Shown in pieces: positions 40,020 to 54,039 of a stretch of 64,000 nucleotides of DNA. A program made the position numbers and the translations under genes. The notes beneath the pieces are model-generated. The model was not told where the DNA came from. It saw nothing but the letters and a program-made list of their open reading frames with translations, and made no database searches. How positions within the stretch are numbered: the first letter of the stretch is position 1; every line of letters starts with the position of its first letter. This DNA comes from Vicugna vicugna (lineage: Eukaryota): NCBI GenBank assembly GCA_013265495.1, contig MU058423.1:5068793-5132792 (forward strand), in the 5' to 3' direction.

Positions 40020-42600
40020 TTTTTAAAATTTGCTGTATGGAAGTATAATTTACATATAATAAAAGTCATCAGTGTTACGTGTATAATTTTATTATATTTA
40101 ACAATATATGGCATCATGTGACCACCACCACCATCAAGACATAGAATATTTCCATCGACCTAGAATGTTCCCTCTTACTCCTTTGCACTCAATCTTTTCC
40201 CCTTCATCCCTGGCCTCTGTCTTTCTCTGGCTATTAGTAATCCTTTATTATAAAATATTTTCAGCATCCAAAAAATATATAAAGAAAATGTAAAAACTTG
40301 ACCATAAAATCATCTCCTGGCTTCATCAGTCTTAGCATTTTGTGATATTTACTTTCTTTTTAAAAATTAAAGATCATAGAGCTTGCAAACCCTTGCAAAT
40401 TCCTATCTCTCCTGTTCTGATTTAGTATTCATTCCTGTGCATATTTTTATTAATTTACTGAATACCTGCATGTGCATAAGTTATACATGGTTATTTTTCA
40501 TTTTTAAAGGTGAGTATAGGTGACATACTGAACATGTTATTCTATTTGGGGGCTCAATATATTGTTTTGATATGTATTAATGATACTACAGGTCATTCAC
40601 TTTATCCACTTTAGATTATTCCACTCCCCTTTATCCATTTTACATATGGAGAATTTAGATTGTTTCTAAGATTCTGCAATTGTAATCTATGAAATAATAA
40701 ACATTTTTGTATGTATGTTCCTACACACAAATACAAGGGTTTCTCTGAGACTTACAGCTGGTAACAAATTGCTGATCCATAGAATTCATGTCTCAAATTC
40801 AAAAATCGCTTTTCAGAGATGTTGACATTTATGCCAACCCAAAAGCATATGAATACCTGCATTTCCATATACTAATAAATCTTTATGTTAAAACTTGTTA
40901 ATGTTTTAATGTTCTAATGGGTATGAAAAAGTACCAACTATACTATATACAAATTATTAATGTTTCTCCTCTTTGAATGGCCTTAGCATATTTTTCTATT
41001 GGATATATTATCTTTTTCTTTTTGTCTTACAGCAGTTTAAAAATATATTTTACATATTGTGTGTTTCTCATATCAGTTCCATCTATTTTCTTCCAGTTGC
41101 TGGCATAGCTTTTTCACTTTTAAGAAAAATTTTTTGAGTTATAGTCAGTTTACAATGTTGTGTCAGTTTCTGGTGTACAGCACAAATTTTCAATCATACA
41201 TGAATATACATATTTTCATATTCTTTTTTATTTTTTAATTGCAAAAACATTAAATTTTAATGCATTTACATATAACATTCTTTTCCTTTAAATAATATAT
41301 TATTTTAGTGTATAGTTGAAAAATCCTTTATTAATAAAGCAGTCATGAATATATTATTTTATATATTCTTGAAGATTTTTAAATTTTAGTTTGCACCTTG
41401 GGGTCTTTAATTTAACTGCAGTGCAACCAAGTGTATATGAAAACATAGGAACTTATTTTTATTTTTTCCCCATTCAAATAATTGTCCGAACACTACTGAT
41501 TGGATGTTGACAGTACACTTTACTCTCTGAGTTGTAATGCTGTCTCTGTCATATGCTTGAATTTTCTATATGCCTGGATCTGATTTGTGGTTATTGCTTC
41601 TCTCTCATTGGCCCATTTGTCAAGACCACACTGTGTTAATTATCATAGATTCAGGGTAAATCCTAATATTTGGGAGAGTAAGAATGTATCTCATTCTTGA
41701 GAATTCCTAAAGACATGCTAGGTCTTTTGCTTTTACAGATGCATATATGTTAAATGTATTGTAAGAAATTTTTAAAATGTTGCTGCTAATTTAAATGATA
41801 TCTATTTATAGTTACAATTTCTAATGTTTTGATGCTGATTTGGAGAACAAATTTTATTACTGATTATTGATTTTGTATCAAGAAAACGTGCTAATCCCTT
41901 GTATAGGTTCTAGTAATTTGTGGTTCTAAGGGACTGTCTATATGGGCAATCATTCAATATGCAATTCATGACAGTTTCTTTCTTTTTTTCCCCCCTTAGT
42001 GTGCCGTTTAGAACCTGCAGGATAATGTTGAATAGAAATGGTGTTGCCAGTCATCCTGTCTTATTTTTTATTTTTAAAGGAAATGTTTCTCATATCTGAG
42101 AATGAATTTCCTGAGATATGGTCAATCAGTTCTACCCATAAAGATCCCCATATATTGCTATTATTAGTTTGCTAGTAGGATTTTATAAAACAAAGCTATT
42201 GTTGAATTTTGTTGATGTCTATTCCATTTACCAGGATGGTCAGACATATTTTCTTTGTTGTAATTGGTAAATGTGTGATGTAGCTTGATTATAATTATAA
42301 ACACACATAAAGACATATATATGTGTTTCTCTCCATTTATAGACACACTTACATACATATATGTTTGTATACACTCATTTCTGCATTTGGTTTTATAACA
42401 TTTTGCTTATAATTTCTGCATCCATATTTACAGGTGATATCGGCCAGTTGTTTTCCTTTCTTCTTGCATTTCTGTATACTTTTGGTATCAAAGTTTCACT
42501 GTCCATATAAACGTGACTTGGGGACTTTTTTTCTCTGTACAAGTGTGTGTAAGTCAGAGGTTATATGTTTAATTAATATTGGGGTATTTTGCCTGCAGTA
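40020..42600 (-). mobile_element. Ancient L1M (L1ME/L1MC-like) antisense fragments, probably two elements
   Basis: 3' end AAGTATAATTTACATATAATAAA...CACCACCATCAAGACATAGAATATTTCCATC at 40.0-40.2 kb; ORF2-like ATAATGTTGAATAGAAATGGTG and TTTGGTATCAAAGTT further on. Confidence 0.75.
41128..41232 (-). mobile_element. Younger lineage-specific L1 extreme 3' end (~100 bp) nested in the older L1
   Basis: TATAGTCAGTTTACAATGTTGTGTCAGTTTCTGGTGTACAGCA resembles artiodactyl/camelid L1 termini. Confidence 0.7.
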
Positions 42601-42884
42601 TAGATAAGGGATGAAATGAGAGTTGACTCTTACAGGATAAATCCTTCTAACTGACAGGATCTGCTCTTAATGTTACCATCTAAATGTTACCAGCAGGCTA
42701 GAGGGATTATCCTGGCAGTTTTTCTGTGAAGCTCCCTTTGCCATTTTTTGGTGAGATTTTATACATTTCTGGCCTCTTTTGACTATTTTGAAGTTAGTTT
42801 TTGCACCCAGGTTCAAGTAACTGGTAATAACTCAAAACATTTCTGAGTGCTTACTCCAAGATCACATAGTAAGTCAACTTCAGT

Positions 42885-43075
42885 GGGCTCACTTATTTCA
42901 TATACCAGGCATTTCTTACATACTTTATAAATATTATTTAAATCTGAAAAAGGATTTTGAGGACAGATAAAGAAACTGAGGCACAGAGAGGCTAAGTAAA
43001 TTCCCAAGATTACACAGTTAATAAGTGGCAGAGATAAGATTCAGCCCAGGCACTATCCGGAACCCCTGCTCTCCC
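42885..43075 (-). mobile_element. MIR SINE
   Basis: ACAGATAAAGAAACTGAGGCACAGAGAGGCTAAGTAAATTCCCAAGATTACACAGTTAATAAGTGGCAGAG. Confidence 0.9.
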
Positions 43076-44160
43076 CTACCGGTGAGGTCACCACCCCCGA
43101 GGCTTCCAGGTATGGTATTCCCCTGGCAGACCCTTGCTTTAGTACTTCCTAAAGACTAAATTTTGGTATCTAATAAACATCAGGTGAGATACCTTTATGT
43201 TTTCCAGACACTAAGAATTATTGATAATTAAAAAAATAATAAATATATTTATGGAAAGCAGGACACAATAGTTTATGTCTCTAGGTGTTTGGATTTTGGT
43301 TAAACTACAAATGAAAACTTTGCGCAAAACTAGTGCACTTAGTTGAATGCACAAAGAAAATTGTATTTAGAACATTCTGAGCTGAGAGAGACTTGTTCAC
43401 ACAGAGAAGGACGTTGAAGAAATTAAGAAATCAGTTGCTTTATATAGAACACACCGCACACGTCTGTGCCTTTGTGAATCCTTGCTACTTTAAATGGCAA
43501 GTCGTTCTGAGGCCTTTGGAGTTGGTTATTATTAGCTTCACATCTAAATAAATACCAGGAGGAAGAACCCATGTTGTGTACTCCTAATTCAGTGTGATCC
43601 AGTTTCGAGGCATCATCCTTAGAGTCAACTCACTTGGAATGAAATGGTTTAAAGAAACATTCTGTACAGTAAGTCCTTTTGGTGCCCGAGCCATTCTCTT
43701 AGCGTTCCCATCCAGAAAGTCCCTTAGTGTCTCCTGTTAACCTCTGGGATTCAAGGTTTGAAGACATTTTCTCAGTTTATATACAGACTAGTGTGGAAAT
43801 GCTCAGGGGTTAACGCTACGGGAAGTCATCCATGGCAAACAGAAGTTGGGGCTCAAATACCTCCAGGTTCCTGGCCCCTTTAGATGGAAGTCAGAGCAAC
43901 ACTGAAGCGCTTTCTATTCTGTCTGCCAAACTTCTCCAAGAAGACTAGCCACAGTGTTCCAAAGCTCCACCCTGTTCAACATCAAGCCTTTATTTTCTAA
44001 AGAATGGGAGGATATGTTACAGCTTCTTTGTCTTCCCAACTCCTCATTTTGCATTTCTTCGAATCACTTCCCAAAATAAACTATGTCCTCTCAATACCAG
44101 TATATGCTCCCGTAAGTATTGCTCTGTAGCTTCTTCTAATATTCAAATTACCCTGAGCAC

Positions 44161-45128
44161 CAAAGCTGACTACATAAATTCTGGGGCTCAGTACAAAATG
44201 AAAATGCAGAGCCCTTTTGTTCAAAAAGTAGGAAAAAAAAGTGCTTTTATGGGTACTAAAATTTAACACCTTTTTCTGTATTTGCTGCCAAACCTTTCTT
44301 GATCTGTCAACGTGTTTTTTATCTGCAATTTAGTGTTGTAGAATGCAGACCCTCAGTTGCCAGAGCCTCACCATGTGACTCTGTATGTTTAGCTCACAGT
44401 CACCAGCCACTGATACGCTATATCCTGACAGGGGCAGAGAAGTCAATCTCCCTTTCCCATGGGCTGGCTGCTCTAATCCACAATAGATCAGCAATTGTCA
44501 AGGAATTACAACTTCTGCACCAAGACCCCCTGGGTACCTAGATCTGGGGTAGGCTAGAGACTTGGTCTCACCAAGTTACCCACCAAACACGCTGTGCTGT
44601 TGAAAGCCCCAGGTAGGGATGGGCACAGCCTAATCCAGCTCTGAGATACCCTCGGGCGTGTGCACCCAGACCTGGCCCTCCTCAAACCCATGCCCAGTCC
44701 CCAACCAAGGTGGAAGGCAGCAGCAATGGCTGGATGGGTACAGGGAAGGGAAGGTCAGGTAGGGCCTGGGACATAAGGGTTCAGGAGGTGGCAGCTGTCA
44801 CTGCGGTGGGGGGAGAGGGTTAATGGAGAGGAAGAGGCCAGGAGGGGCCCTGATGCTAGAGGTTAATGGAGTGGAAGGCATTGAAACTTTCCTGGAAAGG
44901 CAGGGAGGTGGTAGGAAGTGAGAGTGCATTTAAGTTGAGAGGTTCCAAGCTATTGGCACACGTTCTATTGTCCCATTGGACTTCACTCACAAAACACAAA
45001 TTCAAAAATTAAATTGCTAAGAACTTTAAAATAGTGGCCAAAGAGTATTAATTGCCAAGTGTGGGACCCTTCTGAGCAGGAGGCCCTGTACTGACTGCAC
45101 TGGTCCCAAATCCATGAAGCCAGCCCTG
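44161..45128 (-). mobile_element. MER45 (B/C-like) hAT-Tip100 DNA transposon, 968 bp
   Basis: Termini CAAAGCTGACT... / ...ATGAAGCCAGCCCTG; 8-bp TSD CTGAGCAC (44153-44160) / TTGAGCGC (45129-45136). Confidence 0.85.
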
Positions 45129-48099
45129 TTGAGCGCAAACCCTAGACCGCCCTCTCCTCTCAAACAGCATTGCCGTCTTCCTCAGTCCTATCGCACTGCT
45201 CACATCCAACGTCTTGCAAATCCCTGACGCTGGTGCTTTTGTATTTCCCACTTCTCAATGGCTTTTAAAGAAAAGACAGACATACTGTTTCGTTTACATG
45301 ACTTACTTCCAAATCACGGTTATATCACTTTCCCTCTTTTCAAGTACACAGAGCTGCCTTGTAACACTGCTCACTTTCTACCTGTCAACCAACTTAAAAA
45401 GGATATTCTCCCACTGCCTCAATGGATGTGTGCATCTGATTTATAATATGTTTCTCAATACGCCCCCTGACATTATCCTCAGTGCCCTAAGTATGTCCAA
45501 TACTTTGCTATAATGCTAAATTTCTTTGTTAACTACATTTCCAATGAATACCTTTTTCAGTCCACAGCCGGGTCCCTGGGGCCAACCATTAAACAATGCT
45601 CTCACAATTATTTCTATTCTTTTTAAGATCCTCATCACTACCTTATGGGGTACTGCAGACATGGTGGGGTTTCTGGGCACTTTCTCACCATCCGGAGAAC
45701 CCCGATGAGCCATCACTGTTTGGACATACGGCATCAGGAAAGCAGGACTGTTTCTGAGAGCAGTCAGTGGGGCTGAAAATCTAGGGAGGCTTCGAGAAGA
45801 TGGAATTTCATCTGGGTCTTCAAGACAATTCCTCCACTGACAAGATGAAATTCTAAGGGAATTCATAACTTGGTAATTCACAATTTATAACTCCTATCTT
45901 TGCTACTAAACAAGATTGGAAACAAACAAGAAACCGTGCCTACTGACCTTACTACAAGTTAATGCTATCTAACCTCACCTGTATTCTCATTAATACTGGG
46001 CAACACTTCTCATCTATCAGTTTCCTTATGGCATTCCCAGGTTTTTTCCAACCTTTCTCACTATCACTGCAAACCGCTTCTCTCTCACTGTGCCTGGCTC
46101 ACTGCTTTTGGAATCACCCCACCCACCAGCTCCACAGAAATCCCCCATAACATTCACTTGCTGGTCATGCCAGCCACCATTCTGGATGGGTGGCTTTTCT
46201 ATGACTTCAGTCACTCACTGTGTGTGCCTTTATGTGTTTATTAAAATCACAAGTGTTTATTAAATGCACAAGTTTCCTTAATCCAATTATATCCATCTTG
46301 ATGACCAAAAAAAAGTTTTCAACATTATTAAGAAAAAGAGCAGGCGACCTAGCTTTGCTCTGCAACTTCAAATCTTTCAATTTCTTTAACTGTCTCCTCT
46401 TCCTCCTTAAGGTTCAGTATTCTACAGTGTCCTATCATTTGTGATAGCAAGCATCGCCTGGCCTCGCCCTGTAGGAAGGATTCAAGTTGGCTACCATAGA
46501 TTATAAACTGAACTGCATGCTATTAGGCAGAGAACTGAAGTTCATCCCACCGAATGGAAGAAATTAAAATTAAAATAATTCTATATCACTTAAAAATATG
46601 GAACGATATACCTTCAGTGTACAGGTATTTATTACATTATCGTGGGAATCTCTTATGGCACAGCACCTAGATCTCCTTGATTGATTTTTATTCCAGCTTT
46701 ACGTACCAGAAATTCTTTATTAGTGCCTAAGTATATTCATGACTATGGTCACTGAAATATTATAACAGGATGCTTTTTATAGGACTCTCTTTATACTTTA
46801 AATGGGGTATTATTTAAGTTTTCATCCTACTTGCTTTTATTCATATGTCCTCTGTTGGGCAACATAGATAGACAGGGTATATATAACTATTTTGATTATC
46901 AAAAGTGTAGTGCAAATGTATGTTAACATCTTCCTCTTTTATCTTTCTGTATGCCCTGAAGTGAAATGCTAGAGGTGATAAAAAAGTGAGAGAGAAAGAA
47001 ACTTTGTAATAATAGGAAATCAGGAGAAAGCAAAGTTCACACGTTTCCACCTTCAAGTTGTAGCACCTTTATCCTGAACTGTTAATTGTTTTTACAGCTT
47101 AACTCCTTAGTGCCAGCAAAAAACTAAAAAAATTAAAAAGTAAAAAATTGCAATGTTTTTCCATGAGAAAATAATTATCACTGTATTCATAGAGCAAGCA
47201 GGATTTTTCATGTCAAATTTTTTTCTGTGTTTTTGTTAATGGAAATAAATGTAAATATTCACATAAATCCTTTTGCCAAATTAGTAGTCTGAGTAATGTC
47301 TGGAAGCAACTTAAATATTTTTCCCTAAGTGGTATTAGAGAAAGGTAAGTAAAGTGCATGACTCTCTCCTGAAATTAATTTCATGCAAACTAGAAATATA
47401 AATAATTTTTCTAGAATAAAGAACTTTTTCAATCTTGCAAATGAAGTACAGAAAGCTTAAAATTTCTTTGAATAGGAAATAAATTTCTTCAAAAAACAGC
47501 TTTGATTGTGTCAATTATTACCTAAACATTTCATTTTCATCAAAAAACCCAGCCATTTTCTAGTCCGTCTCCCTCCTTCACATCTGACTTTCCTTCCTCT
47601 TTAAAACATAGCAGCTAGGACCCTCGGAGCCTCCTCTCCTTTCCCTACCAGAAAGCAGAAACCCGTTTAGAGTCTTCAAAGTCACAGCTTTGCAACAAAT
47701 GCCAAAGTCTAGGCCCTTCCAGATGGCCGACTGAAGTGGTTTTAGGAAAGACTGGGAAGAGAAATTAAGGGCAGTACGGCACATTATGTAATAGGAGTCT
47801 AGAATTTAAGCATACCCATTTTCATATTTAGCACCTCTTGAAAGGAAATTTTTATAACAGAAGTGCTTTATATTTAGATCTGTATTATCCTTGGCTGCCT
47901 TGTCTGGTTGCAATCCTCTGAGGGTGCTCTATGAATAATAACGACACAAAAGCCTCAGCACCTTCTGCAGAGGTAAGTGTACTTTGTACACAAAGATGCA
48001 GCTCAGCTGGCCCATCCTTCCTAGAGCCTTCACTGTGCCTATTTTTAACGCGTCCTTGCCTTGTGACTTTTATAATAAAAAAGCAGAAGAAAACAGGGA

Positions 48100-48200
48100 T
48101 ACCTGTAACTTCTGTAAACATAAGATCCATGATGCTTGCTCATTCACCTTTGAACATCTGGCACATAGTAGGTGTTCAATAAACACCTGTTGAATGAACA
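48100..48200 (+). mobile_element. L2 3' terminus
   Basis: CTGGCACATAGTAGGTGTTCAATAAACACCTGTTGAATGAA. Confidence 0.75.
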
Positions 48201-48904
48201 GGGCCACCGACCAAACTAAGACTATGGTCTTCTGATCACAGTATTTTAGGTAATTACATTCAGAAACAAACATCTCCCATTCCCTATTTTGTCCTTTTTT
48301 TTTTCTTTTTTGATGCTGTCTTATTATTATTAATATTCTTACCTATCTCAAAGTAATACATTTCTTATTTTCATTGTTATATATCCTCCCAGAGCCATTA
48401 ACTTACTTACTTATCTCACAACTACTTATTAAGAATCTGCTAAATAAAATGCTTGGGGAACATAGCCCAGACCTCAAACAGCTTACAGTCAAGAGGAGAA
48501 AATGTGAATTGAACCAGCTTGTCATTTATTTTAGCCATAATACAATATATGTAGGAAAAGTTCAGGTACTATGATAGCAATAAATGGGAGAAAAGTACTT
48601 TGGCCTTATTACATTCTTATTGAATAGATGCTGCTTTAGTGGGTAACATTTATCATTTGTTCGATTTCTTACATTTTGGGGTCCAAATTTCAAATTCAAA
48701 TGCTGCTTATTTCTACTTTTATGAGATTTTGTAAATAAAATGTTTTAAAAATACTGAACAAAAGGGAATGTTCAATGATGTTATCCATGCTGAAGTAAAG
48801 CACATAAAGCAGAATTGTTTTTATTTTTATATAGTTTCATATTTATCTTTAAAGTCTATTTTTCAATGTTCTATCTGACAAATGTAAATAATGTATACCC
48901 TTAA

Positions 48905-49718
48905 TGTGACATAGTGATTTGTAATAAGAAATATATATTTGATCTTCTTCCTGGTTCTAGCACAAAGTTTCTAAAACCCTTCGTATCTCCTAAATGGTAA
49001 GAGAGGGTAAAAACCATATTTTATGTTAATGAGGTGACTCTTGGAATTCCCCCAGGTCACCTAAGGATGGGGGGATGGTTGTCAGGGGAATCAACCCTGT
49101 GATTGGAGTCTTGGAACTTTAAGTCCCACCTCTCCAACTCAGGGTGAGGGGAGGGGCTAGAGGGTGAATGAACTGTCAATGGTCAATGATTTAACCAATC
49201 ATACCTAGGTAATTAAGTCTCTATAAAAACCCAAAAGGACAGTTTTGTGGAGTTTCCTGGTTGATGAATATGTGGCGTTTGGGTGGTGGGGTAGGGAGAG
49301 TGGTGTTCACAGACCATGGACACCACACACCACTTCCCACACACTTTGCCCTATGCATCTCTTCCATCTGGCTGATCCTGAATTTTATCCTATTATAAAA
49401 ATAAACTCGTAATCTAGTAAGTGAAATGTTTCCGTGAGTTCTGTAAGCTGCTTTAGCATATTAAACCAACCCAAGGAGTGAGTCTTGGGAACCTCTACTT
49501 ACAGCCAGTCAGTAAGAAATACAGATAACAACTTGGGCTTGTGACTGGCATCTTTTGGGACTGAACCCTTAACCTGTGGAATCGTAGGCTATCTCCTGGT
49601 AAATAGGGTCAGAATTGAGTTAAATTCTCCCAAATCCTGCTGGTGTTCAAGAATTGCATGATGTTGTAGGGGAATCCTCCACCAACACTGGACTTGGGTA
49701 TAAGGAATCCAAAAGACA
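48905..49718 (+). mobile_element. MER21 (B/C-like) solo LTR
   Basis: TG...CA termini; TATGTTAATGAGGTGACTC, AATGGTCAATGATTTAACCAATCAT, TTTGCCCTATGCATCTCTTCCATCTGGCTG and GGGACTGAACCCTTAACCTGTGG. Confidence 0.85.
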
Positions 49719-50451
49719 TAGGTACTGTAACTTTGTATAAGAGTTCTTTGTATAACAATTACCTTTGCCTATTCTGCCTTTCTTAATACAATATCTGACA
49801 CATAGTCAGTTCTCCATAAATTTGTACTAAATATGTACTAAGTTTGGATCTATTGACCATATTTCCAGATATTTTTTGAAGCCATCAATTGTTTCCAGAG
49901 ATCAGTAACATGGTTTGAGATAAGCTTAATGCAATTTTTGAAAAGAAAAAAAAAAGGAACAATATAAAATGGAGTTGTTATGTATTTAGTAGGTAAATTA
50001 TCAATAATATATTCTTTGCATTCAGAAATCTCATTCACTATAAAACCAACCTATAGCTAATAGTTATCAGGTCTAAATTATAAAAACTTATAAAGTATAA
50101 AACACTGATAAACTACATTTCTGATCATTTTATAGCTCAATACAATTGAGATGCTTTTTGACAATTCCTGGTAACCACATTATTCAATAGCCAAGAGTGT
50201 ATAGTTTTGAATATTTTACAGTAAGTAAAATTATCAGTTAAGTGTCTTATTTGAAAACTAAAACCTACTCTGACCATAGCAAAGATGCCAGGTTTCTCCC
50301 TAAAACCTGATTTAGGCTACTTATAGATAACACAACATGGTCTTTTTCTAATCACCAACAAAGTAAAAAATGTTCCCTCATGGAAGGTCAAGTTCTTGAC
50401 TGATATTCAATTCAGAGTCTGGCCTGGTTTCCCCAAATCTTTCTCTCTACT

Positions 50452-51033
50452 TGTCACTGAGGTGGTTGTCCCAGAACCATACCCTGGTCCCTCCCTTGAG
50501 TGGAAACTAACGGTGTGCTTGCTTCAGTTGCAGAACCAAACATCAAAAGGAGGAAACAAAAGAGAAAAACAAAATCCAGCTGTAACTTGCTTAAGTCACC
50601 ATCGTGACCCCTAGTGAACCTGAGCCTTGCTACACACTCATTGTGATACATCAGCACGCTACGTGACACTGCCAGCGACCAAGACAGGAAACCTGGAACC
50701 ATACAGGGAAGAAAAGAGGAGACATCCTAGTTCCAAGGAGAACCCCACCTTTTCCCAGGAAACCAATACATATACCGCCCCTTCATTAATGCTACCTTTA
50801 AAAAGCTTACCTTGATCTCCCCCTCTCACCCCGCCCCCAGGAGAAGTTGATTTACCAACTAAGTTTGGACTTCTCCAGTCTCTGGTCACTTAAGAGAGCT
50901 TGTGCTGTTTCAGTCCCATCATCGTTTTCAGCGCTTGTTGGGCGAATCTGAGTGGGAAAAGAACTCCCTGAACAGAGCCAGAGGGGCCCGAGTCGGGGTC
51001 CAAGTGGGGGTCCACACGTCTAATGCAGTAACA
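50452..51033 (+). mobile_element. MER41-like ERV1 solo LTR
   Basis: TGTCA...GTAACA termini with TACT/CACT 4-bp flanks; GTGACCCCTAGT...CATCAGCACGCTACGTGACACT...AGACAG and CCCACCTTTTCCCAGGAAA resemble the MER41 core. Confidence 0.65.
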
Positions 51034-52056
51034 CACTCACATGTGAAAAAATGGAGTTTCAGAAAGGCCTGATCCTTGTGGTCTACTAATACGGAATTAC
51101 TTCCCAATGTCACAATAGTTATTATAAACCAAATTTTATTATTTTCACAGCCTCCCATGTAGCTTTTAAGATATTTGGAAGTGTATGCCTTTAAATGATG
51201 GTCAAGTACTTCTTTCACAAAGAACAGCTTTTTCAGAATAGCTAAGGAGCAAAAGTTTCCTCAGATTGTCAGCTCCCATTGAATCTCTTTTATCCAGGAG
51301 TTTGTCTGTCTCTCAACAATTTTCAGGGCATCATTCAGGAGCATAATAACTGGACTGCAGCCTTCCTTCACATTGCTAGAAAACTGCTTCCCCTGGTTTT
51401 CAGTTCTACAAATAGCCTGCACCATACTCTGCACTGGTAGTTTAAATGCTTCATACGTTTTCATAATAAGATAGCAGTTCCTGAGCATTAAAAATTTATA
51501 CATTTACCATATGACTTTTGAAAACTTCATGAACACGCAGGAAAATATACCAGATTTTAAGAAGCCCATCTCCATTCTTATATGTTTCTCCCCAGAGGAA
51601 ACCATAGTTAAAATTCTGTGTACATCTCTTCAGGCTTCCAGTCTTCTCCATGTGAGGCTGTGCCTCTGGACTGTGAAGTTCACAAACGCTTCTCAATTTG
51701 TTTCTCCCTCTTTAGGTGGGACAGGATGGCTACAGTGAGCTGGGGTTGGGTACTTCCCTTCTCCCAGGTCAGTTAGGCTCTGCTAATACCCTAGCAGGTT
51801 ATGCTCTGGTTGACTGATTTCCCCTGAGGGCAGGCCTCATTAGAAGAACTGAGTGACCTGGACTCTTTCAAAATGGTTCCTCCCTGCCATGCCCCAGCTC
51901 CCTGCTAGAATCTGGAGGGAATTTTTCTTGGATACTTATTATGAGAATCTGTGGGGTCCAGCTCTTGGAGATAAATCTCACAAAATTGTGCACCCCACCC
52001 CCAACATCCCAAGACCAGGTTCCCCTGGAGTTTTTAACTCTCAGAGATATTCACTC

Positions 52057-52478
52057 TGTAGAACCCAAACTAAAATGGAGTTACGCTGGGGACAGAACAG
52101 AGCTGGCCAAGGCAGGCGCATTAAAGAAAACAAAGCCTGACCTTCCCTAACACAAGCAGTAGGAATTTACACCTCTTCTCAGAAATCAGCAGAGGATGCC
52201 AGCCAATCCTCAAACCCCAAGTCTGCTCATGCCACAGTTGAGTCCTTGTTCCCATGAGTCAGCTACCTTGATTCAAATAAGGAAAAAGGACCACTGGGCA
52301 ACCAGTCAGCTGAAAAAGCAAGTTACTTTCATATTTACCCCAGATAAAAGCAACCCCTTAGTCTGTGAGCAAATCTGAATTTATTGCTCCCTTAGCTTTG
52401 AGTTTCCTGGCTTGCAGATTGGAACCTCTGCAATTAACTCCTCTTTCTGCTTTGGTGTGCAGAGTTTGGTTTTTGACA
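52057..52478 (+). mobile_element. ERV1-type solo LTR (422 bp), family not identified
   Basis: TGTAG...TGACA termini, AAAATGGAGT near the 5' end, clean interruption of the L1MCa. Confidence 0.6.
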
Positions 52479-52493
52479 GCACTGACCTTCCAG

Positions 52494-52987
52494 CGTAGGA
52501 CAGACGAGACTACCTCTACTCCTCTTAGGTTTTCAGCTAGGACTCTTCAACAAAAAGTTTAATAAGAAAAAAACAAGCAGCTTATTACTACACGCAGCCC
52601 ACATCACTGGGGAGAAACAAATGAAAAGTAACTCAAAATCACGGCTCAGAATTCCAGCTTATCTAGCATCTTCAACAAAGAATGATAAATTTGTAAAGAA
52701 ATAGGAGGACAAAGGAAAGTAGTTTTAGGTTTCTAAAGTGTGGCAAACCGTGGGGAAGTAAATATATGGGAGGGGACAAATGCAGGAAGGAACTAGCAGT
52801 TCTACAGTGTGAATGGGGTAGATTCCTCTGGGATGGTAAGACTGTCTCCAGGAAGAAGAGAGTTTATATGCTTTCTTTAAGCAGAAAAGAGAGAACTCTT
52901 TATGTGTTAGCTGCTTCTTAACTGCCTTCAGCTCAAGATAATTTTTCTGTCAGAGGCTTTCTTTGGGGTGACATCTGGTTTCCTTCA
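52494..52987 (-). mobile_element. MER34-like ERV1 solo LTR
   Basis: Reverse complement starts TGAAGGAAACCAGATGTCACCCCAAA...TCTTGAGCTGAAGGCAGTTAAGAAGCAGC; 4-bp flanks CCAG/CTAG. Confidence 0.8.
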
Positions 52988-53196
52988 CTAGCAATTCATC
53001 GATTGCAGCTCAGGGCTCTCTCCCCCAGCTCTGGTCCTGTCGTGGTTTCTGCTCTGGGAAGCCACGACTTCCTGTATTCATGTGTTTCTCTCTCCCATCG
53101 TGGGGGCAGTTATTTGCCCTGTGTCTTGCCCTCTCATGGGTCCTAAAAAGTCGTTGATTTTTCAGTCTGTTCAGCCTTTTACTTGTTGTTAGGACA

Positions 53197-54039
53197 TGTT
53201 GAAATAACTTCTTAAGCCCAAGATGGAGCCCAAAGTGTCACATCAGCAAACCAAAACTTAGATGCTTTCGTGTCCCTATAAATGCTGCACTTGACGGGAA
53301 ATGTAGTACAGTAATCCCCCGTTACCCACAGGGATATGTTCCAAGACCCCCACTGGATGCTTGAAACTGCAGATAGTACCAAACCCTATATATACTATAC
53401 ATACATGGCTATGATAAAGCTTAATTTATATATCAGGCACAGTAAGAGAATAACTGAATTGCCAACCTCACCACTCTTGCACTTTGGGACCATTATTAAG
53501 TAAAATAAGGGTGACTTGAACACAAGCACTGCGAGACTGAGACAATCAATCTGATAACCAAGTCAGCTACTAAGTGACTAACGGGCTGGTGGCATATACA
53601 ACATCAATATTGTGGACAAAGCAATGATTTATACCCAGGGAGGTTCGGAGCAGGATGGCCTGAGATTCCATCACACTACTCAGAACATGCCATAAAAAAC
53701 TTACCAATTGTTTATTCCTGGCATTCTCCATTTAATATTTTTGGACTACGGTTGACCACAAATAATTAAAAGAGAAACTTCAGATAAGGAGGGACTACCA
53801 TATATCTAGGATACCAGTCCCCAGAAGTCAAGTCAACTCTGGGCCTTCTCACCCTAAAGAAGGTTGCCTGTGTAGTCCCAGCCAATTGAATATTTTCTAT
53901 TTGTCTCTCTCTTGTTCTTTATCTTATAAAAGCTTCTTGCCTTCTTCCCCATTTTGCAGTTCTCTAAGAGGACACTGTCTGCTTCATGAAGGGTTAAATT
54001 TCTGTGTATCACCTAAATTGTCTTTAATCATTTTTAACA
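53197..54039 (+). mobile_element. ERV1-type solo LTR (family uncertain), interrupted by MER44
   Basis: TGTTG...TAACA termini, CAAGATGGAG, CCAAT and TATAAAA motifs in LTR order; flanks GACA/AACG. Confidence 0.6.
53309..53800 (+). mobile_element. MER44 (B-like; Tigger7 derivative) DNA transposon
   Basis: Termini CAGTAATCCCCCCGTTA / GATAAGGAGGGACTACCA with TA on both sides; ATGTTCCAAGACCCCCACTGGATGCTTGAAAC. Confidence 0.88.
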
